Counted from the stretch's first letter, positions 28,101-47,700 are shown. The stretch: DNA of 64,000 bases from Eledone cirrhosa (GCA_964016885.1 OZ024741.1:388244001-388308000), one strand, 5' to 3'. The notes: generated by a model from the letters alone, not told the origin. Numbers and translations are program-made.

Positions 28101-31100
28101 ACAACACTACCTTACACCACACAACCTCACACCACACTGCCATACAACACTACCTTACAACACAAAACCTCACACCACACTGCCATACAACACTACCTCA
28201 CACCACACTGCCATACAACACTACCTTACACCACACAAACACACACCACACTGCCATACAACACTACCTCACACCACACTGCCATACAACACTACCTTAC
28301 ACCACACAACCTCACACCACACTGCCATACAACACTAGCTTACACCACAAAATCTCACACCACACTGCCATACAACACTACCTTACACCACACAACCTCA
28401 CACCACACTGCCATACAACACTAGCTTACACCACAAAATCTCACACCATACTGCCATACAACACTACCTTACACCACACAACCTCACACCACTCTGCCAT
28501 ACAACACTACCTTACACCACACAACCTCACACCACACTGCCATACAACAGTACCTTACACCACACAACCTCACACCACACTGCCATACAACACTACCTTA
28601 CACCACACAACCTCACACCACACTGCCATACAACACTACCTTACACCACACAACCTCACACCACACTGCCATACAACACTACCTTACACCACACAACCAC
28701 ACACCACTCTGCCATACAACGCTACCTTACACCACACAACCTCACACCACACTGCCATACAACACTACCTTACACCACACAACCTCACACCACTCTGCCA
28801 TACAACACTACCTTACACCACACAACCTCACACCACACTGCCATACAACACTACCTTACACCACACAACCTCACACCACACTGCCATACAACACTACCTT
28901 ACACCACACAACCTCACACCACACTACCATACAACACTACCTTACACCACACAACCTCACACCACACTGCCATACAACACTACCTTACACCACACAACCT
29001 CACACCACACTGCCATACAACACTACCTTACACCACACAAACTCACACCACACTGCCATACAACACTACCTTACACCACACAACCTCACACCACACTGCC
29101 ATACAACACTACCTTACACCACACAACCTCACACCACACTGCCATACAACACTACCTTACACCACACAACCACACACCACACTGCCATACAACACTACCT
29201 CACACCACACTGCCATACAACACTACCTTACACCACACAAACTCACACCACACTGCCATACAACACTACCTTACACCACACAACCTCACACCACACTGCC
29301 ATACAACACTACCTTACACAACAAAACCTCACACCACACTGCCATACAACACTACCTTACACCACACAAACTCACACCACACTGCCATACAACACTACCT
29401 TACACCACACAACCTCACACCACACTGCCATACAACACTACCTTACACCACAAAACCTCACACCACACTGCCATACAACATTACCTTACACCACACAACC
29501 TCACACCACACTGCCATACAACATTACCTTACACCACAAAACCTCACACCACACTGCCATACAACATTACCTTACACCATACAACCACACACCACACTGC
29601 CATACAACACTACCTTACACCACACAACCTCACACCACACTGCCATACAACACTACCTTACACCACACAACCACACACCACTCTGCCATACAACACTACC
29701 TTACACCACACAACCACACACCACTCTGCCATACAACACTACCTTACACCACACAACCTCACACCACACTGCCATTCAACACTACCTTACACCACACAAC
29801 CTCACACCACACTGCCATACAACACTACCTTACACCACACAACCTCACACCACACTGCCATACAACACTACCTTACACCACACAACCACACACCACACTG
29901 CCATACAAAACTACCTCACACCACACTGCCATACAACACTAACTTACACCACACAACCTCACACCACACTGCCATACAACACTACCTTACACCACACAAC
30001 CTCACACCACACTGCCATACAACACTACCTTACACCACACAACCTCACACCACTCTGCCATACAACACTAAATTACACCACACAACCTCACACCACACTG
30101 CCATACAACACTACCTTACACAACAAAACCTCACACCACACTGCCATACAACACTACCTTACACCACACAACCTCACACCACTCTGCCATACAACACTAC
30201 CTTACACCACACAACCTCACACCACACTGCCATACAACACTACCTTACACCACACAACCTCACACCACACTGCCATACAACACTACCTTACACCACACAA
30301 CCTCACACCACACTGCCATACAACACTACCTTACACCACACAACCTCACACCACTCTGCCATACAACACTACCTTACACCACACAACCTCACACCACACT
30401 GCCATACAACACTACCTTACATCACACAACCTCACACCACTCTGCCATACAACACTACCTTACACCACACAACCACACACCACACTGCCATACAACACTA
30501 CCTCACACCACACAACCTCACACCACACTGCCATACAACACTAACTTACACCACACAACCTCACACCACACTGCCATACAACACTACCCTACACCACACA
30601 ACCTCACACCACACTGCCATACAACACTACCTTACACCACACAACCACACACCACTCTGCCATACAACGCTACCTCACACCACACAACCTCACACCACAC
30701 TGCCATACAACACTAACTTACACCACACAACCTCACACCACACTGCCATACAACACTACCTTACACCACACAACCACACACCACTCTGCCATACAACGCT
30801 ACCTTACACCACACAACCTCACACCACACTGCCATACAACACTACCTTACACCACACAACCTCACACCACACTGCCATACAACACTACCTTACACCACAC
30901 AACCTCACACCACACTGCCATACAACACTACCTCACACCACACTGCCATACAACACTACCTTACACCACACTGCCATACAACACTACCTACACCACACTG
31001 CCATACAACACTCCTCACACCACACTGCCATACAACACTACCTTACACCACACAACCTCACACCACACTGCCATACAACACTACCTTACACCACACAACC

Positions 31101-34100
31101 TCACACCACTCTGCCATACAACACTACCTTACACCACACAACCTCACACCACACTGCCATACAACACTACCTTACACCACACAACCTCACACCACACTGC
31201 CATACAACACTACCTTACACCACACAACCTCACACCACACTGCCATACAACACTACCCTACACCACACAACCTCACACCACACTGCCATACAACACTACC
31301 TTACACCACACAACCTCACACCACACTGCCATACAACACTACCTTACACCACACAACCTCACACCACACTGCCATACAACACTACCTTACACCACACAAC
31401 CTCACACCACACTGCCATACAACACTACCTTACACCACAAAACCTCACACCACACTGCCATACAACACTACCTTACACCACACAACCTCACACCACTCTG
31501 CCATACAACACTACCTTACACCACACAACCTCACACCACACTGCCATACAACACTACCTTACACCACACAACCTCACACCACACTGCCATACAACACTAC
31601 CTTACACCACACAACCTCACACCACACTGCCATACAACACTACCTTACACCACACAACCTCACACCACACTGCCATACAACACTACCTTACACCACACAA
31701 CCTCACACCACACTGCCATACAACACTACCTTACACCACACAACCTCACACCACACTGCCATACAACACTACCTTACACCACACAACCTCAACACCACAC
31801 TGCCATACAACACTACCTTACACCACACAACCTCACACCACTCTGCCATACAACACTACCTTACACCACACAACCTCACACCACACTGCCATACAACACT
31901 ACCTTACACCACACAACTCACACCACACTGCCATACAACACTACCTTACACCACACAACCTCACACCACACTGCCATACAACACTACCTTACACCACACA
32001 CACTACCTTACACCACACAACCTCACACCACACTGCCATACAACACTACCTTACACCACACAACCTCACACCACACTGCCATACAACACTACCTTACACC
32101 ACACAACCTCACACCACACTGCCATACAACACTACTTACACCACACAACCTCACACCACACTGCCATACAACACTACCTTACACCACACAACCTCACACC
32201 ACACTGCCATACAACACTACCTTACACCACACAACCTCACACCACACTGCCATACAACACTACCTTACACCACACAACCTCACACCACACTGCCATACAA
32301 CACTACCTTACACCACACAACCTCACACCACACTGCCATACAACACTACCTTACACCACACAACCTCACACCACACTGCCATACAACACTACCTTACACC
32401 ACACAACCTCACACCACACTGCCATACAACACTACCTTACACCACACAACCTCACACCACACTGCCATACAACACTACCTTACACCACACAACCTCACAC
32501 CACACTGCCATACAACACTACCTTACACCACACAACCTCACACCACACTGCCATACAACACTACCTTACACCCACACAACCTCACACCACACTGCCCATA
32601 CAACACTAACTCACACCACACTGCCATACAACACTACCTTACACCACACAACCTCACACCACACTGCCATACAACACTACCTTACACCACACAACCTCAC
32701 ACCACACTGCCATACAACACTACCTTACACCACACAAACCTCACACCACACTGCCATACAACACTACCTTACACCACACAAACCTCACACCACACTGCCA
32801 TACAACACTACCTTACACCACACAACCTCACACCACACTGCCATACAACACTACCTTACACCACACAACCTCACACCACACTGCCATACAACACTACCTT
32901 ACACCACACAACCTCACACCACACTGCCATACAAACACTACCTTACACCACACAACCTCACACCACACTGCCATACAACACTACCTTACACCACACAACC
33001 ACACACCACACTGCCATACAACACTACCTTACACCACACAACCTCACACCACACTGCCATACAAACACCTACCTCACAACCACACTGCCATACAACACTA
33101 CCTTACACCACACAACCTCACACCACACTGCCATACAACACTACCTTACACCACACAACCTCACACCACACTGCCATACAACACTACCTTACACCACACA
33201 ACCTCACACCACACTGCCATACAACACTACCTTACACCACACAACCTCACACCACACTGCCATACAACACTACCTTACACCACACAACCTCACACCACAC
33301 TGCCATACAACACTACCTTACACCACACAACCTCACACCACACTGCCATACAACACTACCTTACACCACACAAACCTCACACCACACTGCCATACAACAC
33401 TACCTTACACCACACAACCTCACACCACACTGCCATACAACACTACCTTACACCAACACAAACCTCACACCACACTGCCATACAACACTACCTTACACCA
33501 CACAACCTCACACCACACTGCCATACAACACTACCTTACACCACACAACCTCACACCACACTGCCATACAACACTACCTTACACCACACAACCTCACACC
33601 ACACTGCCATACAACACTACCTTACACCACACAACCTCACACCACACTGCCATACAACACTACCTTACACCACACAACCTCACACCACACTGCCATACAA
33701 CACTACCTTACACCACACAACCTCACACCACACTGCCATACAACACTACCTTACACCACACAACCTCACACCACACTGCCATACAACACTACCTTACACC
33801 ACACAACCTCACACCACACTGCCATACAACACTACCTTACACCACACAACCTCACACCACACTGCCATACAACACTACCTTACACCACACAACCTCACAC
33901 CACACTGCCATACAACACTACCTTACACCACACAACCTCACACCACACTGCCATACAACACTACCTTACACCACACAACCTCACACCACACTGCCATACA
34001 ACACTACCTTACACCACACAACCTCACACCACACTGCCATACAACACTACCTTACACCACACAACCTCACACCACACTGCCATACAACACTACCTTACAC

Positions 34101-37100
34101 CACACAACCTCACACCACACTGCCATACAACACTACCTTACACCACACAACCTCACACCACACTGCCATACAACACTACCTTACACCACACAACCTCACA
34201 CCACACCTGCCATACAACACTACCTTACACCACACAACTCCACCACCCCATACACACTACTACACCACCAACCTCACACCACACTGCCATACAACACTAC
34301 CTTACACCACACAACCTCACACCACACTGCCATACAACACTACCTTACACCACACAACCTCACACCACACTGCCATACAACACTACCTTACACCACACAA
34401 CCACACACCACTCTGCCATACAACACTACCTTACACCACACAACCACACACCACACTGCCATACAACACTACCTTACACCACACAACCTCACACCACACT
34501 GCCATACAACACTACCTTACACCACACAACCTCACACCACACTGCCATACAACACTACCTTACACACACACAACCTCACACCACACTGCCATACAACACT
34601 ACCTTACACCACACAACCTCACACCCACACTGCCATACAACACTACCTTACACCACACAACCTCACACCACACTGCCATACAACACTACCTTACACCACA
34701 CAACCTCACACCACACTGCCATACAACACTACCTTACACCACACAACCTCACACCACACTGCCATACAACACTACCTTACACCACACAACCTCACACCAC
34801 ACTGCCATACACACACCTACACACTCAACCCTTACACCACAAACCTCACACCACACTGCCATACAACACTACCTTACACCACACAACCTCACACCACACT
34901 GCCATACAACACTACCTTACACCACACAACCTCACACCACACTGCCATACAACACTACCTTACACCACACAACCTCACACCACACTGCCATACAACACTA
35001 CCTTACACCACACAACCTCACACCACACTGCCATACAACACTACCTTACACCACACAACCTCACACCACACTGCCATACAACACTACCTTACACCACACA
35101 ACCTCACACCACACTGCCATACAACACTACCTTACACCACAACAACCTCACACCACACTGCCATACAACACTACCTTACACCACACAACCTCACACCACT
35201 CTGCCATACAACACTACCTTACACCACACAACCTCACACCACACTGCCATACAACACTACCTTACACCACAACAACCTCACACCACACTGCCATACAACA
35301 CTACCTTACACCACACAACCTCACACCACACTGCCATACAACACTACCTTACACCACACAACCTCACACCACACTGCCATACAACACTACCTTACACACA
35401 CAACCTCACACCACTCTGCCATACAACACTACCTTACACCACACAACCTCACACCACACTGCCATACAACACTACCTTACACCACACAACCTCACACCAC
35501 ACTGCCATACAACACTACCTTACACCACACAAACCTCACACCACACTGCCATACAACACTACCTTACACCACACAACCTCACACCACTCTGCCATACAAC
35601 ACTACCTTACACCACACAAACCTCACACCACTCTGCCATACAACACTACCTTACACCACACAACCTCACACCACACTGCCATACAACACTACCTTACACC
35701 ACACAACCTCACACCACACTGCCATACAACACTACCTTACACCACACAACCTCACACCACACTGCCATACAACACTACCTTACACCACACAACCTCACAC
35801 CACTCTGCCATACAACACTACCTTACACCACACAACCTCACACCACACTGCCATACAACACTACCTTACACCACACAACCTCACACCACACTGCCATACA
35901 ACACTACCTTACACCACACAACCTCACACCACACTGCCATACAACACTACCTTACACCACACAACCTCACACCACACTGCCATACAACACTACCTTACAC
36001 CACACAACCTCACACCACACTGCCATACAACACTACCTTACACCACACAACCTCACACCACACTGCCATACAACACTACCTTACACCACACAACCTCACA
36101 CCACACTGCCATACAACACTACCTTACACCACACAACCTCACACCACTACTGCCATACAACACTACCTTACACCACACAACCTCACACCACTCTGCCATA
36201 CAACACTACCTACACCACACAACCACACACAACACACACACCCAACCACACTGCCATACAACACTACCTTACACCACACAACCTCACACCACACTGCCAT
36301 ACAACACTACCTTACACCACACAACCTCACACCACACTGCCATACAACACTACCCTTACACCACACAACCTCACACCACACTGCCATACAACACTACCTT
36401 ACACCACACAACCTCACACCACTCTGCCATACAACACTACCTTACACCACACAACCTCACACCACACTGCCATACAACACTACCTTACACCACACAAACC
36501 TCACACCACACTGCCATACAACACTACCTTACACCACACAACCTCACACCACTCTGCCATACAACACTACCTTACACCACACAACCTCACACCACACTGC
36601 CATACAACACTACCTTACACCACACAACCTCACACCACACTGCCATACAACACTACCTTACACCACACAACCTCACACCACACTGCCATACAACACTACC
36701 TTACACCACACAACCTCACACCACACTGCCATACAACACTACCTTACACCACACAACCCTCACACCACTACTGCCATACAACACTACCTTACACCACACA
36801 ACCTCACACCACACTGCCATACAACACTACCTTACACCACACAACCTCACACCACACTGCCATACAACACTACCTTACACCACACAACCTCACACCACAC
36901 TGCCATACAACACTACCTTACACCACACAACCTCACACCACACTGCCATACAACACTACCTTACACCACACAACCTCACACCACACTGCCATACAACACT
37001 ACCTCAACACCACACTGCCATACAACACTACCTTACACCACACAACCTCACACCACACTGCCATACAACACTACCTTACACCACACAACCTCACACCACA

Positions 37101-40100
37101 CTGCCATACAACACTACCTTAACACTCACAACAACCTCACACCACACTGCCATACAACACTACCTTACACCACACAACCTCACACCACACTGCCATACAA
37201 CACTAACCTTACACCACACAACCTCACACCACACTGCCATACAACACTACCTTACACCACACAACCTCACACCACACTGCCATACAACACTACCTTACAC
37301 CACACAACCTCACACCACACTGCCATACAACACTACCTTACACCACACAACCTCACACCACAACTGCCATACAACACTACCTTACACCACACAACCTCAC
37401 ACCACACTGCCATACAACACTACCTTACACCACACAACCTCACACCACACTGCCATACAACACTACCTTACACCACACAACCTCACACCACACTGCCATA
37501 CAACACTACCTTACACCACACAACCTCACACCACACTGCCATACAACACTACCTTACACCACACAACCTCACACCACACTGCCATACAACACTACCTTAC
37601 ACCACACAACCTCACACCACACTGCCATACAACACTACCTTACACCACACAACCTCACACCACTCTGCCATACAACACTAACCTTACACCACACAACCTC
37701 ACACCACACTGCCATACAACACTACCTTACACCACACAACCTCACACCACACTGCCATACAACACTACCTTACACCACACAACCTCACACCACACTGCCA
37801 TACAACACTACCTTACACCACACAACCTCACACCACACTGCCATACAACACTACCTTACACCACACAACCTCACACCACACTGCCATACAACACTACCTT
37901 ACACCACACAACCTCACACCACTACTGCCATACAACACTACCTTACACCACACAACCTCACACCACACTGCCATACAACACTACCTTACACCACACAACC
38001 TCACACCACACTGCCATACAACACTACCTTACACCACACAACCTCACACCATACTGCCATACAACACTACCTTACACCACACAACCTCACACCACACTGC
38101 CATACAACACTACCTTACACCACACAACCTCACACCACACTGCCATACAACACTAACCTTACACCACACAACCTCACACCACACTGCCATACAACACTAC
38201 CTTACACCACACAACCTCACACCACACTGCCATACAACTACTACCTTACACCAACACACAACCTCACACCCACATCTGCCATACAACACTACCTTACACC
38301 ACACAACCTCACACCACACTGCCATACAACACTACCTTACACCACACAACCTCACACCACACTGCCATACAACACTACCTTACACCACACAACCTCACAC
38401 CACACTGCCATACAACACTACCTTACACCACACAACCTCACACCACACTGCCATACAACACTACCTTACACCACACAACCTCACACCACACTGCCATACA
38501 ACACTACCTTAAACACACAAAACCTCACACCACACTGCCATACAACACTACCTTACACCACACAACCTCACACCACACTGCCATACAACACTACCTTACA
38601 CCACACAACCTCACACCACACTGCCATACAACACTACCTTACACCACACAACCTCACACCACACTGCCATACAACACTACCTTACACCACACAACCTCAC
38701 ACCACACTGCCATACAACACTACCTTACACCACACAACCTCACACCACACTGCCATACAACACTACCTTACAACCACACAACCTCACACCACACTGCCAT
38801 ACAACACTACCTTACACCACACAACCTCACACCACACTGCCATACAACACTACCTTACACCACACAAACCTCACACCACACTGCCATACAACACTACCCT
38901 TACACCACACAACCTCACACCTCACACTGCCATACAACACTACCTTACACCACACAACCTCACACCACACTGCCATACAACACTACCCTTACACCACACA
39001 ACCTCACACCACACTGCCATACAACACTACCTTACACCACACAACCTCACACCACACTGCCATACAACACTACCTTACACCACACAACCTCACACCACAC
39101 TGCCATACAACACTACCTTACACCACACAACCTCACACCACACTGCCATACAACACTACCTTACACACACAACCTCACACCACACTGCCATACAACACTA
39201 CCTTACACCACACAACCTCACACCACACTGCCATACAACACTACCTTACACCACAAAACCTCACACCACACTGCCATACAACACTACCTCACACCACACT
39301 GCCATACAACACTACCTTACACCACACAACCTCACACCACACTGCCATACAACACTACCTTACACCACACAACCCTCACACCACACTGCCATACAACACT
39401 ACCTACACCACACTGCCATACAACACTACCTTACACCACACAACCTCACACCACACTGCCATACAACACTACCTTACAACCACACAACCTCACACCACAC
39501 TGCCATACAACACTACCTTACACCACACAACCTCACACCACACTGCCATACAACACTACCTTACACCACACAACCTCACACCACACTGCCATACAACACT
39601 ACCTTACACCACACAACCTCACACCACACTGCCATACAACACTACCTTACACCACACAACCTCACACCACACTGCCATACAACACTACCCTACACAACAC
39701 AACCTCACACCACACTGCCATACAACACTACCTTACACCACAAAACCTCACACCACACTGCCATACAACACTACCTTACACCACACAACCTCACACCACA
39801 CTGCCATACAACACTACCTTACACCACACAACCTCACACCACACTGCCATACAACACTACCTTACACCACAAACCTCACACCCCACTGCCATACAACACT
39901 ACCTTACACCACACAACCTCACACCACACTGCCATACAACACTACCTTACACCACACAACCTCACACCACACTGCCATACAACACTACCTTACACCACAC
40001 AAACCCTCACACCACTCTGCCATACAACACTACCTTACACCACACAACCTCACACCACACTGCCATACAACACTACCTTACACCACACAACCTCACACCA

Positions 40101-41537
40101 CACTGCCATACAATACTACCCACTCACCACACTGCCATACAACACTACTTACACCACACAAACCTCACACCACACTGCCATACAACACTACCTTACACAC
40201 AAACCTCACACCACACTGCCATACAACACTACCACACACCACACTGCCCATTCAACACTACCTTACACCACACAACCTCACACCACACTGCCATACAACA
40301 CTACCTTACAACCACACAAACCTCACACCACACTGCCATACAACACTACCTCACACCACACTGCCATACAACACTACCTTACACCACACAACCTCACACC
40401 ACACTGCCATACAACACTACCTTACACCAACACAACCTCACACCACACTGCCATACAACACTACTTACACCACACAACCTCACACCACACTGCCATACAA
40501 CACTACCTTACACCACACAACCTCACACCACACTGCCATACAACACTACCTTACACCACACAACCTCACACCACACTGCCATACAACACTACCTTACACC
40601 ACACAACCTCACACCACACTGCCATACAACACTACCTTACACCACACAACCTCACACCACACTGCCATACAACACTACCTTACACCACACAACCTCACAC
40701 CACACTGCCATACAACACTACCCTCACACCACACTGCCACTACAACACTACCTTACACCACACAACCTCACACCACACTGCCATACAACACTACCTTACA
40801 CCACACAACCTCACACCACACTGCCATACAACACTACCTTACACCACACAACCTCACACCACACTGCCATACAACACTACCTTACACCACACAACCTCAC
40901 ACCACACTGCCATACAACACTACCTACACACACACACTGCCATACAACACTACCTTACACCACACAACCTCACACCACACTCCATACAACATACCTTACA
41001 CCACACAACCTCACACCACACTGCCATACAACACTACCTCACACCACACTGCCATACAACACTACCTTACACCACACAACCTCACACCACACTGCCATAC
41101 AACACTACCTTACACCACACAACCTCACACCACACTGCCATACAACACTTACCTCAACACCACACTGCCATACAACACTACCTTACACACCACACAACCT
41201 CACACCACACTGCCATACAACACTACCTTACACCACAAAACCTCACACCACAACTGCCCATACAACACTACCTCACACCACACTGCCATACAACACTACC
41301 TTACACACACAACCTCACACACACTGCATACAACACTACCTTACACACACACAACCCTCACACCACACTGCCATACAAACACTACCTTACACCGACACAA
41401 CTCACACCACACTGCCATACAACACTACCCTTACACACACAACAACCTCACACCACCTGCCATACAACACTACCCTTTACACCACACAACACTCACAACA
41501 CACACACTGCCATACAACACTACACCTCTACACCCAC
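7181..41537. repeat. 43-bp satellite array (with 28-bp variant units), left part
   Basis: Uninterrupted head-to-tail copies of CTGCCATACAACACTACCTTACACCACACAACCTCACACCACA (A16 C20 T6 G1). The 28-bp variant is CTGCCATACAACACTACCT(C/T)ACACCACA. The left edge at 7181-7255 is degenerate. Confidence 0.98.
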
Positions 41538-41737
41538 NNNNNNNNNNNNNNNNNNNNNNNNNNNNNNNNNNNNNNNNNNNNNNNNNNNNNNNNNNNNNNN
41601 NNNNNNNNNNNNNNNNNNNNNNNNNNNNNNNNNNNNNNNNNNNNNNNNNNNNNNNNNNNNNNNNNNNNNNNNNNNNNNNNNNNNNNNNNNNNNNNNNNNN
41701 NNNNNNNNNNNNNNNNNNNNNNNNNNNNNNNNNNNNN
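41538..41737. other. Assembly gap (200 N)
   Basis: A run of exactly 200 N. The round size suggests a scaffolding placeholder of unknown true length. Confidence 0.99.
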
Positions 41738-44700
41738 ACTTACACCACACAACCTCACACCACACTGCCATACAACACTACCCTACACCACACAACCTCA
41801 CACCCCACTGCCATACAACACTACCTTACACCACACAACCTCACACCACACTGCCATACAACACTACCTTACACCACACAACCTCACACCACACTGCCAT
41901 ACAACACTACCTTACACCACACAACCACACACCACTCTGCCATACAACGCTACCTTACACCACACAACCTCACACCACACTGCCATACAACACTACCTTA
42001 CACCACACAACCTCACACCACACTGCCATACAACACTACCTTACACCACACAACCTCACACCACACTGCCATACAACACTACCTCACACCACACTGCCAT
42101 ACAACACTACCTTACACCACACTGCCATACAACACTACCTCACACCACACTGCCATACAACACTACCTCACACCACACTGCCATACAACACTACCTTACA
42201 CCACACAACCTCACACCACACTGCCATACAACACTACCTTACACCACACAACCACACACCACTCTGCCATACAACGCTACCTTACACCACACAACCACAC
42301 ACCACTCTGCCATACAACGCTACCTTACACCACACAACCACACACCACTCTGCCATACAACGCTACCTTACACCACACAACCTCACACCACACTGCCATA
42401 CAACACTACCTTACACCACACAACCTCACACCACACTGCCATACAACACTACCTTACACCACAAAACCTCACACCACACTGCCATACAACACTACCTTAC
42501 ACCACACAACCTCACACCACTCTGCCATACAACACTACCTTACACCACACAACCTCACACCATACTGCCATACAACACTACCTTACACCACACAACCTCA
42601 CACCACACTGCCATACAACACTACCTTACACCACACAACCTCACACCACACTTCCATACAACACTACCTTACACCACACAACCTCACACCACACTGCCAT
42701 ACAACACTACCTTACACCACAAAACCTCACACCACACTGCCATACAACACTACCTTACACCACACAACCTCACACCACACTGCCATACAACACTACCTTA
42801 CACCACACAACCTCACACCACACTGCCAAACAACACTACCTTACACCACAAAACCTCACACCACTCTGCCATACAACACTACCTTACACCACACAACCTC
42901 ACACCATACTGCCATACAACACTACCTTACACCACACAACCTCACACCACACTGCCATACAACACTACCTTACACCACACAACCTCACACCACACTGCCA
43001 TACAACACTACCTTACACCACACAACCTCACACCACACTGCCATACAACACTACCTTACACCACACAACCTCACACCACACTGCCATACAACACTACCTT
43101 ACACCACAAAACCTCACACCACTCTGCCATACAACACTACCTTACACCACACAACCTCACACCACACTGCCATACAACACTACCTTACACCACACAACCT
43201 CACACCACACTGCCATACAACACTACCTTACACCACACAACCTCACACCACACTGCCATACAACACTACCTTACACCACACAACCTCACACCACACTGCC
43301 ATACAACACTACCTTACACCACACAACCTCACACCACACTGCCATACAACACTACCTTACACCACACAACCTCACAGCACACTGCCATACAACACTACCT
43401 TACACCACAAAACCTCACACCACACTGCCATACAACACTACCTTACACCACACAACCTCACACCACACTGCCATACAACACTACCTTACACCACACAACC
43501 TCACACCACTCTGCCATACAACACTACCTTACAACACACAACCTCACACCACTCTGCCATACAACACTACCTTACACCACACAAACTCACACCACACTGC
43601 CATACAACACTACCTTACACCACACAACCTCACACCACTCTGCCATACAACACTACCTTACACCACACAACCTCACACCACTCTGCCATACAACACTACC
43701 TTACAACACACAACCTCACACCACTCTGCCATACAACACTACCTTACACCACACAAACTCACACCACACTGCCATACAACACTACCTTACACCACACAAC
43801 CTCACACCACTCTGCCATACAACACTACCTTACACCACACAACCTCACACCACTCTGCCATACAACACTACCTTACAACACACAACCTCACACCACTCTG
43901 CCATACAACACTAACTTACACCACACAAACTCACACCACACTGCCATACAACACTACCTTACACCACACAACCTCACACCACTCTGCCATACAACACTAC
44001 CTTACAACACACAACCTCACACCACTCTGCCATACAACACTACCTTACACCACACAACCTCACACCATACTGCCATACAACACTACCTTACACCACACAA
44101 CCTCACACCACACTGCCATACAACACTACCTTACACCACACAACCTCACACCACACTGCCATACAACACTACCTTACACCACACAACCTCACACCACACT
44201 GCCATACAACACTACCTTACACCACACAACCTCACACCACACTGCCATACAACACTACCTTACACCACACAACCTCACACCACTCTGCCATACAACACTA
44301 CCTTACAACACACAACCTCACACCACTCTGCCATACAACACTACCTTACACCACACAAACTCACACCACACTGCCATACAACACTACCTTACACCACAAA
44401 ACCTCACACCACACTGCCATACAACACTACCTTACACCACACAACCTCACACCATACTGCCATACAACACTACCTTACACCACACAACCTCACACCACAC
44501 TGCCATACAACACTACCTTACACCACACAACCTCACACCACACTGCCATACAACACTACCTTACACCACACAACCTCACACCACACTGCCATACAACACT
44601 ACCTTACACCACACAACCTCACACCACACTGCCATACAACACTACCTTACACCACACAACCTCACACCACTCTGCCATACAACACTACCTTACACCACAC

Positions 44701-47700
44701 AACCTCACACCATACTGCCATACAACACTACCTTACACCACACAACCTCACACCACACTGCCATACAACACTACCTTACACCACACAACCTCACACCACA
44801 CTGCCATACAACACTACCCTACACCACACAACCTCACACCACACTGCCATACAACACTACCTTACACCACACAACCTCACACCACACTGCCATACAACAC
44901 TACCTTACGCCACACAACCTCACACCACTCTGCCATACAACACTACCTTACACCACACAACCTCACACCATACTGCCATACAACACTACCTTACACCACA
45001 CAACCTCACACCACTCTGCCATACAACACTACCTTACACCACACAACCACACACCACACTGCCATACAACACTACCTTACACCACACAACCTCACACCAC
45101 ACTGCCATACAACACTACCTTACACCACACAAACTCACACCACACTGCCATACAACACTACCTTACACCACACAACCACACACCACACTGCCATACAACA
45201 CTACCTCACAGCACACTGCCATACAACACTACCTTACACCACACAAACTCACACCACACTGCCATACAACACTACCTTACACCACACAACCTCACACCAC
45301 ACTGCCATACAACACTACCTTACACCACACTGCCATACAACACTACCTCACACCACTCTGCCATACAACACTACCTTACACAACAAAACCTCACACCACA
45401 CTGCCATACAACACTATCTTACACCACACAAACTCACACCATACTGACATACAACACTACCTTACACCACACAACCTCACACCACACTGCCATACAACAC
45501 TACCTTACACCACACAACCTCACACCACACTGCCATACAACACTACCTTACACCACACAACCTCACACCACACTGCCATACAACACTACCTTACACCACA
45601 AAACCTCACACCACACTGCCATACAACATTACCTTACACCACACAACCTCATACCACACTGCCATACAACACTACCTTACACCACAAAACCTCACACCAC
45701 ACTGCCATACAACACTACCTTACACCACACAACCTCACACCACACTGCCATACAACACTACCTTACACCACACAACCTCACACCACTCTGCCATACAACA
45801 CTACCTTACAGCACACAACCTCACACCACTCTGCCATACAACACTAACTTACACCACACAACCTCACACCACACTGCCATACAACACTACCTTACACCAC
45901 ACAACCTCACACCACACTGCCATACAACACTACCTTACACCACACAACCTCACACCACTCTGCCATACAACACTACCTTACACCACACAACCTCACACCA
46001 CACTGCCATACAACACTACCTTACACCACAAAATCTCACACCATACTGCCATACAACACTACCTTACACCACACAACCTCACACCACTCTGCCATACAAC
46101 ACTACCTTACACCACACAACCTCACACCACACTGCCATACAACACTACCTTACACGACAAAACCTCACACCACACTGCCATACAACACTACCTTACACCA
46201 CACAACCTCACACCACACTGCCATACAACACTACCTTACACCACAAAATCTCACACCATACTGCCATACAACACTACCTTACACCACACAACCTCACACC
46301 ACACTGCCATACAACACTACCTTACACCACACAACCTCACACCACACTGCCATACAACACTACCTTACACCACACAACCTCACACCACACTGCCATACAA
46401 CACTACCTTACACCACACAACCTCACACCACACTGCCATACAACACTACCTTACACCACACAACCTCACACCACTCTGCCATACAACACTACCTTACACC
46501 ACACAACCTCACACCACACTGCCATACAGCTCTACCTTACACCACACAACCTCACACCACACTGCCATACAATACTACCACACACCACACTGCCATACAA
46601 CACTACCTTACACCACACAACCTCACACCACACTGCCATACAACACTACCTTACAACACAAAACCTCACACCACACTGCCATACAACACTACCTCACACC
46701 ACACTGCCATACAACACTACCTTACACCACACAAACACACACCACACTGCCATACAACACTACCTCACACCACACTGCCATACAACACTACCTTACACCA
46801 CACAACCTCACACCACACTGCCATACAACACTAGCTTACACCACAAAATCTCACACCACACTGCCATACAACACTACCTTACACCACACAACCTCACACC
46901 ACACTGCCATACAACACTAGCTTACACCACAAAATCTCACACCATACTGCCATACAACACTACCTTACACCACACAACCTCACACCACTCTGCCATACAA
47001 CAGTACCTTACACCACACAACCTCACACCACACTGCCATACAACACTACCTTACACCACACAACCTCACACCACACTGCCATACAACACTACCTTACACC
47101 ACACAACCTCACACCACACTGCCATACAACACTACCTTACACCACACAACCACACACCACTCTGCCATACAACGCTACCTTACACCACACAACCTCACAC
47201 CACACTGCCATACAACACTACCTTACACCACACAACCTCACACCACTCTGCCATACAACACTACCTTACACCACACAACCTCACACCACTCTGCCATACA
47301 ACACTACCTTACACCACACAACCTCACACCACACTGCCATACAGCACTACCTTACACCACACAACCTCACACCACACTGCCATACAATACTACCACACAC
47401 CACACTGCCATACAACACTACCTTACACCACACAACCTCACACCACACTGCCATACAACACTACCTTACAACACAAAACCTCACACCACACTGCCATACA
47501 ACACTACCTCACACCACACTGCCATACAACACTACCTTACACCACACAAACACACACCACACTGCCATACAACACTACCTCACACCACACTGCCATACAA
47601 CACTACCTTACACCACACAACCTCACACCACACTGCCATACAACACTAGCTTACACCACAAAATCTCACACCACACTGCCATACAACACTACCTTACACC

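Noticed and set aside
41520-41771. ORFs spanning the N run
   Set aside because: Artefact of translating the assembly gap.
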